A DNA stretch of 64,000 bases, from contig OY762929.1 in NCBI GenBank assembly GCA_963666675.1, forward strand, positions 2,300,544 through 2,364,543, written 5' to 3'. The translations under genes and the position numbers were made by a program. The stretch is from an uncultured Desulfobacter sp. GTDB lineage: Bacteria > Desulfobacterota > Desulfobacteria > Desulfobacterales > Desulfobacteraceae. Below the pieces are notes generated by a model. It ran no database searches. It was not told the origin of the DNA and saw nothing but the letters and a program-made list of their open reading frames with translations. Positions 48,129-58,752 of the stretch are shown here, piece after piece. The first letter of the stretch is position 1. Each line of letters opens with the position of its first letter.

Positions 48129-50160
48129 CTATCACACTGAAAGCAGGAACAGTAATTATCCGTCAACCAGTACCGGCTGGTATATTGATGACATCCAAAT
48201 TATAAAAATGGAGCCGGAATTCAGTGGTGACTTTGAGATGGGATGGGAAGACTGGTCGGCAGATAACGGCGTGTGGGGGGGTGGAACACCCACTGGGGGG
48301 CCCGAAGGATGTTATAGTGGCGATCAATGTGCCGGAACTATTTTGGATGATAAGTACCCTTCATTTACCGATAGCCGTTTAGTAAGCCCGACTTTGGCTC
48401 TTCCCAAAACTGTAGCAAATGAAGAGATCCGCCTGCGTTTTTGGCACTGGTTTTCCTATTCCAATTATAATTACCCCAACCATTATGACCGGTATGACAA
48501 AGGACATGTCCAAGTCGATGTTTTTGACGAAGATACAGGCAGTTGGCCGGGAAACTGGCAGACTTTGGGCAGTATTCAGGAGTATTCACCTGTATGGTCT
48601 TTGATGAGTGTGGATCTCACCGCTTTTGCCGGCCAAAAAATCAGGATTGCATTTTATCATACCGAAGGTAGGCATTATAACTATTCTTCCGTTAAGGCCG
48701 GCTGGTATATTGATGACATCCAAATTATAAAAATGGAGCCGGAATTCAGTGGTGACTTTGAGATGGGATGGGAAGACTGGTCGGCAGATAACGGCGTGTG
48801 GGGGATTGGAACACCCGCTGGGGGGCCCGAAGGATGTTATGGTGGCGATCAATGTGCCGGAACTATTTTGGATGGTAAGTACCCTTCATTTACCGATAGC
48901 CGTTTAGTAAGCCCGACTTTGGCTCTTCCCGAAGCTCTAGCAAATGAAGAGATCCGCCTGCGTTTTTGGCACTGGTTTTCCTATTCCAATTATAATTACC
49001 CCAACCATTATGACCGGTATGACAAAGGACATGTCCAAGTCGATGTTTTTGACGAAGATACAGGCAGTTGGCCGGGAAACTGGCAGACTTTGGGCAGTGT
49101 TCAGGAGTATTCACCTGTATGGTCTTTGATGAGTGTGGATCTCACCGCTTTTGCCGGCCAAAAAATCAGGATTGCATTTTATCATACCGAAGGCAGGCAT
49201 TATAACTATTCTTCCGTTAAGGCCGGCTGGTATGTTGATGACATCCAAATTATAAAAATTGAGCCGGAATTTAGTGGCGACTTTGAGATGGGATGGTTAG
49301 GCTGGCTGGCAGATAACGGCGTGTGGGAGATTGGAACACCCGCTGGGGGGCCTGAAGGATGTTATGGTGGCGATCAATGTGCCGGAACTATTTTGGGTGG
49401 GAATTATCCCAATTATACCGACAGCAGGCTTGTCAGCTCCCCCATTGACCTGACTGAATGTTCGCAGCAAGTAGTCTATCTGCAGCTTAATGAATGGTTC
49501 TCTTCTCCCGATGACTTTGGAGAAATCCAGATATCCACTTGGGATTTTGAAACTAGACAGTGGTCTACCTGGAACACTGAGAGTACCAGTTCAGGCCTAT
49601 CTCCAGTATGGACATTAAAATATGTTGATCTATCCGCTTATTCAGGAAAACTTTTCAAAATTGGTTTTCATCATGTAGCGAACAGTTCATCCACGAGCCA
49701 TGGCTGGTTTGTTGATAACATTGAACTTGTAGGCCCTGAGCAGATAATGCCAACAATTAAATCTATCTCTTTTTCTTCTTACATACCGGATTGCACATCG
49801 CTGATAGATATTTTTGCCAGCGATCCCTGCGGTGGAGGGTTAACCTATACATGGCAGCTTCCCGACGGAGGAACCCTTGAAGGAACAGAAGGGAATATGG
49901 AATTTATTCCCCCAGAGTTTAGGGTTGAACCATATAGAGTCCGTGTTGCCGCTTCATCAAACTCTACACAAATTAACTCGTATACGAAAACTCTTAAAAT
50001 ATTCACCCAAGTAGTATACGACCTTGATAGCGATGATGATATTGATGGATCTGATCTATCAACGTTCCTAACAAACGAAGAAGTTAATGCAACAACGATT
50101 TCACGATTTGCCGAGGAGTTCGGCATGATAGCCTGTGAGCATTATAGCAGAAATCTTTAA
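48129..50160 (+). pseudogene. 3' portion of secreted tandem-repeat protein (3 more ~175-aa units, a divergent 4th beta-sandwich unit, Cys-containing segment and dockerin-like C-terminus)
   Basis: In-frame continuation of the repeat (HTESRNSNYPSTSTGWYIDDIQ...). C-terminal VVYDLDSDDDIDGSDLSTF is a dockerin/EF-hand-like Ca-binding motif. ORF track 48103..50160. Confidence 0.6.
48175..49750 (+). repeat. 525-bp tandem direct repeats x3 (units 1 and 2 >95% identical at DNA level) within repeat-protein gene
   Basis: ggctggtatattgatgacatccaaattataaaaatggagccggaattcagtgg recurs at 48175, 48700, 49225. The antisense ORF artefacts are also duplicated. Confidence 0.8.
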
Positions 50161-50575
50161 ACTCACAGGGAAGGTCAGGGAGGGCTCTGCCTCGCCCTTC
50201 CTGAGCCATTAAAACCGTGTGTCTCGCATTTCGTCTTGACCCTTAATGCAAATCACATCGCCAGAAGAGACGTGAGTAATGCCAAGGTCCACAAATGGTA
50301 TTTAAGGACTCCCAAGCCAATTATTTTGCTTTTTCTCGGCAAGAATTCTATTATAACAATCAATTTTTAAATAGGATAGACGAATTTGAACAACAACAGG
50401 CTTGTCCAATTTTGCGTCTGATGGTGAAATGTTAATGAAAGTCCCCAAACCCTCATATTAGCATTATGAATTTTTCGGCCGACACAAATAAAAAGGGCGG
50501 TATAACTGCCTGTTTTTTAAGGAACTGCGCAAAAAACCGGTCCAATTAAATCTGGATTTTGCCGGCGTAACACTG

Positions 50576-51168
50576 TTGTCCGGATTTATCCTCGGTTTTT
50601 TAATTTTGATTATGGTGGGTGGGCGTAAATTTGCCTGGGTTTCATTTCCCATGATATATTGCCGGACGAAAAATGCATTGGATCGGGCAGAAAAAAGCAA
50701 CGTTTACGGTGTGATTTTCATGGTGATCGGCACCGGTCTGACATTGGGGTTTTCACGCACAACAACCTAGCCCAGTGTTTCCTTGCTTTCCAGGTCGTTG
50801 GGTTGGGCATGGGATTTACAACCCTGTCCACATTACTTATTGTGCAGAACAGCGTAGAGACCAAAAAACAGGGTGTGGCGCCTCTTTTCATCAATTTGCC
50901 CGGACCATGGGCGGGGGCTATCGGGGGCGGTCTGTGCGGCGGCATTGTAACGGCACGGCTTATCAACTGCCTAAAGACTGCCGGGCATCGTCTGCCGGAA
51001 CCGTTGATTGCACGATTGCAGGAGAGTCTGGCGATCCTTTTCCAGAAAGAATTTCAGTCCCAGATCCCGGAATCAATGACAGGCATTCTTCAGGATGCGG
51101 TTTTAAACGGTGTTTCTCTGGCTTGTGTCTATTATCAGTGTCGGGCTGATATCTTTGCTTCCCCGTAA
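50576..51168 (+). pseudogene. possible remnants of an MFS (DHA2-like) transporter gene, frameshifted
   Basis: Two overlapping frames encode TM-like segments (GFILGFLILIMVGG...; VVGLGMGFTTLSTLLIVQNS...GAIGGGLCGGIVTARL). No intact long ORF. Confidence 0.25.
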
Positions 51169-51371
51169 TTAAGGGGGAGGGGCGTATTTTTGTAGGAGAT
51201 GGAAATAATTTTGAAAAAAGCCGAATGGAAATGTTCGTGACAATATGAAACAAACGAGCCGATTTTATACCTTACTATTTTTAAAGGGGAGGAAAGATAC
51301 TGATTGCGAATCTTAAATGTTTAATCCTTCTTTGGGGAATCAACCTGACACCGGTCCTTTTAGCCTATCTT

Positions 51372-52691
51372 TTGGAAGGAAAATGGAATGCCCCGGTTGA
51401 CAGAAGGATGAAATGGCGTGATGGTCGGCCTTTTCTTGGCAACCACAAAACCATCCGGGGTGTGGTCGGGGGGATTTTAGCCGGCGGTGCCGGCGCTCTG
51501 ATCCTAAACCTGCCCCTGCCGATTGGACTGTGGACCGGGGTGCTTAGTATGGCCGGGGATCTTTTGAACAGCTTTATTAAGCGTCGTCTGGGCAAAACAG
51601 AGGGGCAGGAATTCCTTGTCATGGATCAATTCCTGGAAGGGGCATTGCCTTTGGTCGCCTTGGTCTTGTCGGCCCGGATATCCCTGGTTGGCGGCATACT
51701 TCTTCTTTTGATTTTTGTTGTAACGGCCCATGCAGGGGCCAAGTTTTTGAACCAGGTGCTTAGAGCCGAACCCTTTGCCGGATACACCCGCCGACTGAGG
51801 TCCAGGACCCGGTTCAGGGAATGGCGTGGGTGTCAGACCATCGAGTATCCCTTTCATCCCGTCATTAACCTCGAGCGGACCCTGTATTACCACGCCTTTA
51901 TGAAAACGGTGTTTAAAGGGTTGGGGCTTTATGAACGCGGAAAGCACAATGCCTTGGATATCCATTGCCGGGAACTTGCGTTTGTTTTCCCCGATCTTCC
52001 CCCTGTCTTTGATCAATATACGATTTTATTCATATCCGACCTTCATCTGGACTGTATGGCGGGGATTACTGAAAAGGCAAAGGATATTGTATCTGAATTG
52101 AGTCCGGATCTCTGTATCCTTGGCGGGGATTACCGGACCGAAGTTTGGGGGTCTTATGCCATGGCTTTAGATAATATTGAAAATCTTCTTACCGATATCC
52201 GTCCCAAAGACGGCATTTTTGCGGTCCTGGGCAATCATGACTGTCTGGAAATGGTCACCCCGCTTCGCAAAAAAGGGGTGCAGTTTTTGGTGAATGACAA
52301 TGCTGCCATTGAGAGGTCCGGAGAACGGATCTGGATCGCAGGGGTGGATGATCCGTTCTATTTTGAAGGCCATGACCTTGATCAAGCCTTTAACGGCATT
52401 CCGGAAAACGGGTTTTCCATTTTAGCTGCCCATACCCCGGCAATTTTTAAGGCTGCGGCAGGTTTTGGACCCAATCTCTACCTTTGCGGCCACACCCATG
52501 CCGGACAGGTACAGATTCCAGGAATCGGACCGGTGATCACCCATGCTAAGGTTCCCCGGAAAATGGTCCATGGCCAATGGCAATTCGGGGCCATGAAAGG
52601 GTATACTAGTTCTGGATTAGGCACCTCCGGGATTCCGGTCCGGTTCGGTTGCCGGGGAGAGGTGACGCTGATTAGTCTGAAAAGATCCTAA
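51372..52691 (+). CDS. membrane-anchored metallophosphoesterase with N-terminal CdsA/CTP-transferase-1-like TM domain
   Basis: N-terminus: KTIRGVVGGILAG and TM helices like CdsA family C-terminal region. C-terminus: calcineurin-like motifs (ISDLHLD, GGDY, LGNHD, GHTH). Confidence 0.55.
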   Translation: MEGKWNAPVDRRMKWRDGRPFLGNHKTIRGVVGGILAGGAGALILNLPLPIGLWTGVLSMAGDLLNSFIKRRLGKTEGQEFLVMDQFLEGALPLVALVLSARISLVGGILLLLIFVVTAHAGAKFLNQVLRAEPFAGYTRRLRSRTRFREWRGCQTIEYPFHPVINLERTLYYHAFMKTVFKGLGLYERGKHNALDIHCRELAFVFPDLPPVFDQYTILFISDLHLDCMAGITEKAKDIVSELSPDLCILGGDYRTEVWGSYAMALDNIENLLTDIRPKDGIFAVLGNHDCLEMVTPLRKKGVQFLVNDNAAIERSGERIWIAGVDDPFYFEGHDLDQAFNGIPENGFSILAAHTPAIFKAAAGFGPNLYLCGHTHAGQVQIPGIGPVITHAKVPRKMVHGQWQFGAMKGYTSSGLGTSGIPVRFGCRGEVTLISLKRS

Positions 52692-52723
52692 GCCGTCGGC
52701 GTATCCCGGCGAAAAACACGGTG

Positions 52724-53155
52724 TTAAAACCCTTCTTCTGTCTGCTGCTTTAATGCCTCTACGGTTTTGCGTAATGCTTCGTTTTCGGCGATCATGTTGC
52801 GCATTTTGGTGAAGGTTCGCATGATCTGGATGTTTACTTGAATGGCCCGGTCACTTCGCAATATACTGGAAAGCATGGCAACGCCTTGTTCCGTGAAGAC
52901 CATGGGTGAATATCTTAGACTCCTTTTATCGGACTTTGAGATTTGTGATTTTAAATCTTCAAATTCCTCTTTTGACAATTCAAACATGAAATCATCGGGG
53001 AAACGGTTCATATTTCTTCTGACGGACTGTTTTAAATATTTTGTTTCAACTCTGTAAAGGGATGCAAGATCTCTGTCCAACATAACTTTGGTGCCCCGGA
53101 GAAGATAAATTTTTTCTGTGATTTGTTCTGTGGCAACAAGTTCTATTCCAGTCAC
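52724..53155 (-). CDS. ORF6N (KilA-N-like) domain DNA-binding protein
   Basis: 143 aa. ...KIYLLRGTKVMLDRDLASLYRVETKYLKQSVRRNMNRFPDDFMFEL... is the conserved ORF6N domain sequence. Confidence 0.6.
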   Translation of the reverse strand: MTGIELVATEQITEKIYLLRGTKVMLDRDLASLYRVETKYLKQSVRRNMNRFPDDFMFELSKEEFEDLKSQISKSDKRSLRYSPMVFTEQGVAMLSSILRSDRAIQVNIQIMRTFTKMRNMIAENEALRKTVEALKQQTEEGF

Positions 53156-53205
53156 TTTGTCTCCTATCTTAAGGTTACAGGTCGTGATATTAAGATTTTT
53201 TGGGC

Positions 53206-53316
53206 TTGGTTCTACCGTCGGCCATTGTAGGGGCAGGTCTCTGTGCCTGCCCTAACGGGGGCAACCACAGGGGGATTGCCCCTACAGAAGGTGGCCGATC
53301 TTAAGATCAAGCCCAG
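53206..53316. repeat. nested imperfect palindrome (~38-bp arms gggcttg..cggcca..tgtaggggca separated by ~35 bp containing a second GGGGCAGG/CCTGCCCC palindrome)
   Basis: Direct reading of 53190..53330 both strands. Confidence 0.5.
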
Positions 53317-53527
53317 ATTTTGTTTGATGCGTCAAATTGTGAATCCCATTTTATTCGTCTGGCCGGATGTTTACAACCTTTCCTTGGGATTTTTTAAATG
53401 GTTCGCGTCATAAAAGGGATGGGAAATGTCTGGGAATAACCTGGAAAGCACTACATGCGTAGCGCTTTCCGGGTCTTTATGTTTTTCTTTAGGGAAAGAA
53501 ATCTGCGAAATTAAGAATCAGAAATAT

Positions 53528-55294
53528 TTAATTCCAGTTTCGAAGTTTCTGGTAGTCATTGAGCATAAAATCCATTTCGTCTTGGGTCAGGGTGGCCCCG
53601 GAGTCTTCAAGGGGCTTGAAAAACGCAGGCGTCAGGGTCTCGTCGCTCGGGGTCATGCCTTCCCGCAGGTTGAATTCCCGGGCCTTGGTTGCTACGTTCA
53701 GGGCGATGGCGGACAGGTTCTCCTTTGATCCATCGATACCTGTTGCCGCCGTGATCATCTCTCCAAGCAGTTCCCAGGGGTACAGATCCCGGTAAAACTT
53801 GCATAAAATCAAGGTGTCAAACAAGGTGAGTCTGTCTTCAAAATCAATAAAGAGTTTTGCCTTGCCCTCGGTCTGTTTGGGATCAATCATGCCTGCCAGT
53901 TCCGGTTTGTAAAACGTCGCCCGCAGATGGCATGCGCCCCGGTCGGAAGATGCATAGGCCAGGCCCATGCCCTTAAGCACCCTGGGCTCGTAGCCCGCTG
54001 GCTCCATGCCCTTGACATGAATGGCTTCGTCCTCCAGCCCATAAACCTCTGCCGCATGGCGAATGCCCTGGGCCAGGGTTTGGCCGATACCCGGTTCATT
54101 GGTCACAATTTTAACCAGCAGGTCTTCGATGGCCTGGGCATCACCAAATTGGATGGCATAGTCGGATTTTCCCTGTTCATATGCCATCATGGCAAAGGAG
54201 GCCATATTCCCGGCCGTAATCGTGTCGATGCCTAAACTGTCACAGACATGGTTGAGGCGGACAATCTCTTCAATTTCTTCTATCATGCACAAGCCGCCAA
54301 AGGTGTACAGGGTTTCGTACTCCGGCCCCTCCAACACCAGTCCCTTGTGGGGGCCCTGCATGACCTTGGTCATCCGGCCGCAGGAAAGATAGCATTTGGC
54401 GCAGGCGTGCGGGGTGACATCACATTGGCTGTGCAGGGCGTCTGCCGATATTTTTTCCCAATGGGGGGCGTACCCTTTGGTCCAGTACCGGGTGGGAAAG
54501 GCACCGGCATTGTTCATGACCTTGACCATCTGGGAGGTTCCCATGGATTTATAGGCCTGTACCACCGGATGATCTTTGGCCGCTGCGGCCATCTCCTTGG
54601 CCAGTTGAATCAGCCCTTTTTTATCAAAGACCTCCCGTTTTTTGTTGCCGGAAAAAACAATGGCCTTAAGGTTTTTTGATCCCATGACCGTCCCGGTACC
54701 GGCACGACCTGCACACCGCCATCCATCGTTTTTGATGATGGAAAATTTGACACCGGCCTCGGCCGCAGGGCCGATCACGCTGATTCCGGTTTTCCAGCCT
54801 TTGGAATATTTCCCGCTGAATTCGGCCTTAACGGCGGATTCGGTCTCAAAGGTATCTTTGCCGGCAAGGTGGCCGGCGTCGTGAAAAAAGGCACCTTCCG
54901 GGGTGATCTCCATCAGGGTCGGGCCATCTGCCCGGCCATGGACGACAATGGCGTCAAAACCTGCCGCGGCAATGGCTTCAGGGACCTTGCCGCCCGAATA
55001 GGACTCGGCATAAAGACCGGTCAACGGGGACTTTGTAAAAACACCGTACCTGGAACTGCCCCAGGTGGCGGTGCCGGTCACGGCGCCCGTGGCAAATATC
55101 AGCCGGTTCTCCGGTGAAAGGGGATCAACACCCGGCGGGTTCAGTTCCGTCAGCAGCCAGGTGGCAAGCCCCTTTCCGCCTAAAAATTTTTCATAAACCG
55201 ATTGATCTACGGTATTGATCTCAGCTTTCTGATTAGACAGATCCACATAAAGGATCCGATTAAAAAAACCTTTCATATATGTCTCCCACAGCAA
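53528..55294 (-). CDS. tungsten-type aldehyde:ferredoxin oxidoreductase (AOR family)
   Basis: 588 aa. N-terminal MKGFFNRILYVDLS...KFLGGKGLATWLL and overall AOR-family length/organisation. Confidence 0.8.
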   Translation of the reverse strand: MLWETYMKGFFNRILYVDLSNQKAEINTVDQSVYEKFLGGKGLATWLLTELNPPGVDPLSPENRLIFATGAVTGTATWGSSRYGVFTKSPLTGLYAESYSGGKVPEAIAAAGFDAIVVHGRADGPTLMEITPEGAFFHDAGHLAGKDTFETESAVKAEFSGKYSKGWKTGISVIGPAAEAGVKFSIIKNDGWRCAGRAGTGTVMGSKNLKAIVFSGNKKREVFDKKGLIQLAKEMAAAAKDHPVVQAYKSMGTSQMVKVMNNAGAFPTRYWTKGYAPHWEKISADALHSQCDVTPHACAKCYLSCGRMTKVMQGPHKGLVLEGPEYETLYTFGGLCMIEEIEEIVRLNHVCDSLGIDTITAGNMASFAMMAYEQGKSDYAIQFGDAQAIEDLLVKIVTNEPGIGQTLAQGIRHAAEVYGLEDEAIHVKGMEPAGYEPRVLKGMGLAYASSDRGACHLRATFYKPELAGMIDPKQTEGKAKLFIDFEDRLTLFDTLILCKFYRDLYPWELLGEMITAATGIDGSKENLSAIALNVATKAREFNLREGMTPSDETLTPAFFKPLEDSGATLTQDEMDFMLNDYQKLRNWN

Positions 55295-55690
55295 TGATTT
55301 TTTATTATGGGTCGGCGCTGACCAATACGTTAAATCTCAAACGTATCCTGACAGAAAATGCCGACTAACATGGGCTATCTAAATGTTATTATCCAGTTAA
55401 TCAAGTAATTATTGACTGAACAGTGCATAAAAATAAAATTTTTTCGTTAAAAATAGGCATTTAGACGCTGTTGTACAGGTTGTTTCACGACTTTTATTTT
55501 ATATTGGGGAAACCTAAGGGGGGGGGGCCGGTAAAATTGGGATTACATAGATCCGGTCGGCTGAAAGGCACTATTAAACCCTGTTATGGTTTGAAAATGG
55601 TTGCAGGTGCCCACCAATGAATTAAGCGATGGGAGGCACCACTATCCTTTTTTAAATTTTATGGGCGTCAAGGTTTTTTACCACACCGGA

Positions 55691-56458
55691 TTAATCCGCC
55701 AGACCAAATTTTTTAAATATGCTGTGGCCTTTTTCAGATGCGGCAGCTGCCAGAAACGCCTTTGCCTGCGCCAAATTCTTTGAATCTTTTAAAACAGCCA
55801 GAACCAGTTTTTTCTTTTTGGCAAAGGTCTCATCGATTCGCAGCCCGTCCACAAATTTTTCATTTTCCTGCCAGGTTGAGACCGCATACCAGTTAATACT
55901 TACATCGGCTTTATCCGCTTTAATCGCATTTACCAGACTTTGTGAATGAAGCGTGATTGTGGCCCGGGCTTTAACCTGGTCAAAATTACCATAATTTATG
56001 AGGATTTTTTTGGTTTCTTTGCCGATACTTCCCCTTTCAGCAGACCCGATGATTACTTTAAATTGTTCATTTGTCAGTGCCGAAAGATCTGACGAAATAC
56101 CTTTGGGATTCCCCTTTTTTACAAAAATAGCGGCCTGGTTATATCCAACTTCCGATTTTTCAACGACCAGGCCCGGATGATCGGCCTCAATTTTTTTGAC
56201 ATAGGAGTCGGAGCCCGGTAAGAAAAGGTCGCCGTTTTTATTTTTTAAAAGCAGATCCATCAATTTGCCGGAGCCCCCTTTGACAAATTGCACGGTGCAC
56301 CCTGTTTTTTTTTCAAAATCTTTTGAAATTTCAACCATGGGTTTGACCATGGTGATGCCGCAGTAAATGACCAGTTTGCAGGGGGTGTCTGCGGCCCATA
56401 AAAGAGACGGCATAACGATAAAAAGAAACACGATTGAACAGGTGATTTTTTTAATCAT
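55691..56458 (-). CDS. ModA-like periplasmic molybdate/tungstate-binding protein (orphan SBP next to AOR)
   Basis: 255 aa with signal peptide. PBP2 ModA-like sequence incl. C-terminal AKAFLAAAASEKGHSIFKKFGL. Confidence 0.55.
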   Translation of the reverse strand: MIKKITCSIVFLFIVMPSLLWAADTPCKLVIYCGITMVKPMVEISKDFEKKTGCTVQFVKGGSGKLMDLLLKNKNGDLFLPGSDSYVKKIEADHPGLVVEKSEVGYNQAAIFVKKGNPKGISSDLSALTNEQFKVIIGSAERGSIGKETKKILINYGNFDQVKARATITLHSQSLVNAIKADKADVSINWYAVSTWQENEKFVDGLRIDETFAKKKKLVLAVLKDSKNLAQAKAFLAAAASEKGHSIFKKFGLAD

Positions 56459-56496
56459 TTTTTTTCCTTTTTAAAAGTTTCAATTGGGTTGAGAAT

Positions 56497-58278
56497 TTAT
56501 AGTTGAAACTGTTCTACGGTATGAAACAGTTTTGATGCGATCTCATTTAATTCATCACTTTTGCCTTTCACATTGAGGCTCTCCCGGGAGGTTACGGCCG
56601 ATCCCTGGGTCAGCATCCCGCTTTGCTCGGTGATTCTGGTTGAAAAAACGGTATTTTCCGTTATGCGATCCGTTATCTCTTTGATGCCCACCAATACCGA
56701 TGAAATATTATCGGAAATTTCGTTTGTTTTGCCCGATTGCACCCCCAGTGACTCAACCATGCTCTCTGCACGTTTATCTACATTGTCAATCAACTGGGTG
56801 ATTTCAGAGATCTCTTCCAGAACCTGTTTCGTGGAGTTTTGAATACCTTGTACATGTTGTTTAATCTCCATGGTCGCTTCGGTGGTTTTCTGGGCCAGAT
56901 CTTTGATCTCATTGGCAACCACGGCAAACCCTTTGCCCGCCTCACCGGCTCTGGCCGATTCAATGGTGGCATTGAGTGCAAGCAGATTTGTGCTCTCGGA
57001 AATGTCGGTAATGGTTTCCGTTATTTGGGTGATGCTCTTTGCGCTTTCTCCAAGGGTATTTGTTGTCTGTAAAACGGTTTGCCCGCATCCGAATGCATGG
57101 GAACTGATTTCTTTCATACCTTCCGACGCTTTAACCGAGGTGGCAATGATCGTGTTCATTTCATCGGTGGAATTGACGATAACGTCAATATTCGTGGCTG
57201 CCAGTTGTGTCGCTTTTTTAACATCATCAATGTTGGCATTCATGGTTTGGGCCGCATCGTAAACGCTTTTCGCGTTGGTGTCGGTCTTTTTTGAAACCGA
57301 GGACAGGTTATCGGATACTTCTGATAAATTTTTTGAAGAACTGGATAACAGCATGGCATTTTCTTTTAGTTCATTGAAAATTTTGCTTAAACTTGAGACC
57401 ATTTCATTCAACGACCGTGTCAGTATGCCCAGTTCATCTTTCCTGTCACTTTTAATCGTTTCAGAAAAATTCCCCTTTGCAATTTGTTCGGCGAATTGAA
57501 CACTGCGCAGAATGGGTTTGACAATGGAACCGGCGATGAAAAATACAAGGCCTGCCACAATGATGAATGTAAAAGACATGATGGCAATCAATTTGACATT
57601 CATTATTTTTTGGGCCTTTAAAGAAAGGGATGACGATGATCGATTTATCTCGTCAATCGAGTTCTTTTGTTGTGAAGTTATACCCGTGACCACTTCATTG
57701 TTTTTTGAAATGATTTCGGAAAACATCTCCTCTATTCTGGAAATTGCTTCCATACTTTCAAGGTTTACCTGAAGGGTAACAGTCAAATAATTAAAATCGT
57801 CCTTGATGGTGTGCGAAAATTCTTTTTGCATGTTTCCGGAGAGGTGGTTTCCCCGGGAAAATATTTCATCGTCAGACGGATTTTCAGATGTGACAAATTC
57901 TATCCATGAAATCGCAGGGTTCTCCGCGAGCAGGGTTTCAATATTCTTTTTCGCTTTTTCTATTTCAAAATTGATTAAAAGCGGAAAAATCTGGTTGGCG
58001 ATTGATTTGGTCAGGGTTCCATACGATGAAATATAGAGGCTTGTAACGATATTCTGGGTTGTTTCAGTTGCGTGGTTGAGTTTTTGCTGTATATCCTGAA
58101 AATTTTTGGAAAGGGATGCAATCAACCGCTCGTCCTCTTTGATAACGTTTTGGATAATGGCAGTGGTCAGGTGGGCGTCTTTTTGCTTAACTTCGTAATT
58201 CACCATTATCAGAAGGCCTAAAAAAGCTATGAACAGAAGAATTAACAAATTATAATTGAGTTTTGCGCGAATTCCCAT
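56497..58278 (-). CDS. methyl-accepting chemotaxis protein (periplasmic sensor, HAMP, MCP signalling domain)
   Basis: 593 aa. Two TM segments flanking a ~190-aa sensor region. Highly conserved MCP hairpin region (...[35 protein letters not shown]...). Confidence 0.75.
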   Translation of the reverse strand: MGIRAKLNYNLLILLFIAFLGLLIMVNYEVKQKDAHLTTAIIQNVIKEDERLIASLSKNFQDIQQKLNHATETTQNIVTSLYISSYGTLTKSIANQIFPLLINFEIEKAKKNIETLLAENPAISWIEFVTSENPSDDEIFSRGNHLSGNMQKEFSHTIKDDFNYLTVTLQVNLESMEAISRIEEMFSEIISKNNEVVTGITSQQKNSIDEINRSSSSLSLKAQKIMNVKLIAIMSFTFIIVAGLVFFIAGSIVKPILRSVQFAEQIAKGNFSETIKSDRKDELGILTRSLNEMVSSLSKIFNELKENAMLLSSSSKNLSEVSDNLSSVSKKTDTNAKSVYDAAQTMNANIDDVKKATQLAATNIDVIVNSTDEMNTIIATSVKASEGMKEISSHAFGCGQTVLQTTNTLGESAKSITQITETITDISESTNLLALNATIESARAGEAGKGFAVVANEIKDLAQKTTEATMEIKQHVQGIQNSTKQVLEEISEITQLIDNVDKRAESMVESLGVQSGKTNEISDNISSVLVGIKEITDRITENTVFSTRITEQSGMLTQGSAVTSRESLNVKGKSDELNEIASKLFHTVEQFQL

Positions 58279-58489
58279 AATTTTCAGTCCTTTTTAAGAT
58301 TGGGCAAAATTGGGGAGAATGTTTTAGCGATGTAATAAAATAACAAAATATTTTTGTTTTTGCAAAGGGCAATCTGTAGTTTTAAATGTGCCGCGTCCTT
58401 TTGGTGTAAGTAGTGCTGACCGGTATATGCAGTCCTTTGCCGTTTTATAGGAAGGAACCGATAGGTTGCTGAATTACTATCATGTTTTC

Positions 58490-58545
58490 TTGTGGGCTAT
58501 GCCGGCAGATGGTGTGTCAGGTCGGCCCATGGCCATTGCCCGGCA
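58490..58545. repeat. half-copy of the REP/MITE-like repeat (ttgtgggct...gtgtcaggtcggcccatggcc)
   Basis: Matches the 3' half of the units at 11385..11690 and 27570..27654. Confidence 0.45.
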
Positions 58546-58752
58546 AAGCGGATAAACAAAATGCGGCTATGCAGGCCTGATAATTTTCTGGTAATAATGC
58601 GATCATAACTGTCCCCCCAAGGTTGCATAAAAATTTTAACCCTTCGGGGAATCCACATGACTTCTGCAACAATGGGGTGTACATTAAAAATAATGTGACC
58701 GAACTTGCCCCAAAAAGACATTTGACCAAGACGAAACAATCAGGGATTCTCA

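Noticed and set aside
48365-49129. Repeated 61-88-aa ORFs (MNTPEHCPKSASF..., MKRSACVFGTGF...) on both strands
   Set aside because: They are copied with every 525-bp repeat unit and are antisense or out-of-frame to the long, conserved repeat-protein frame. Artefacts of the tandem duplication.
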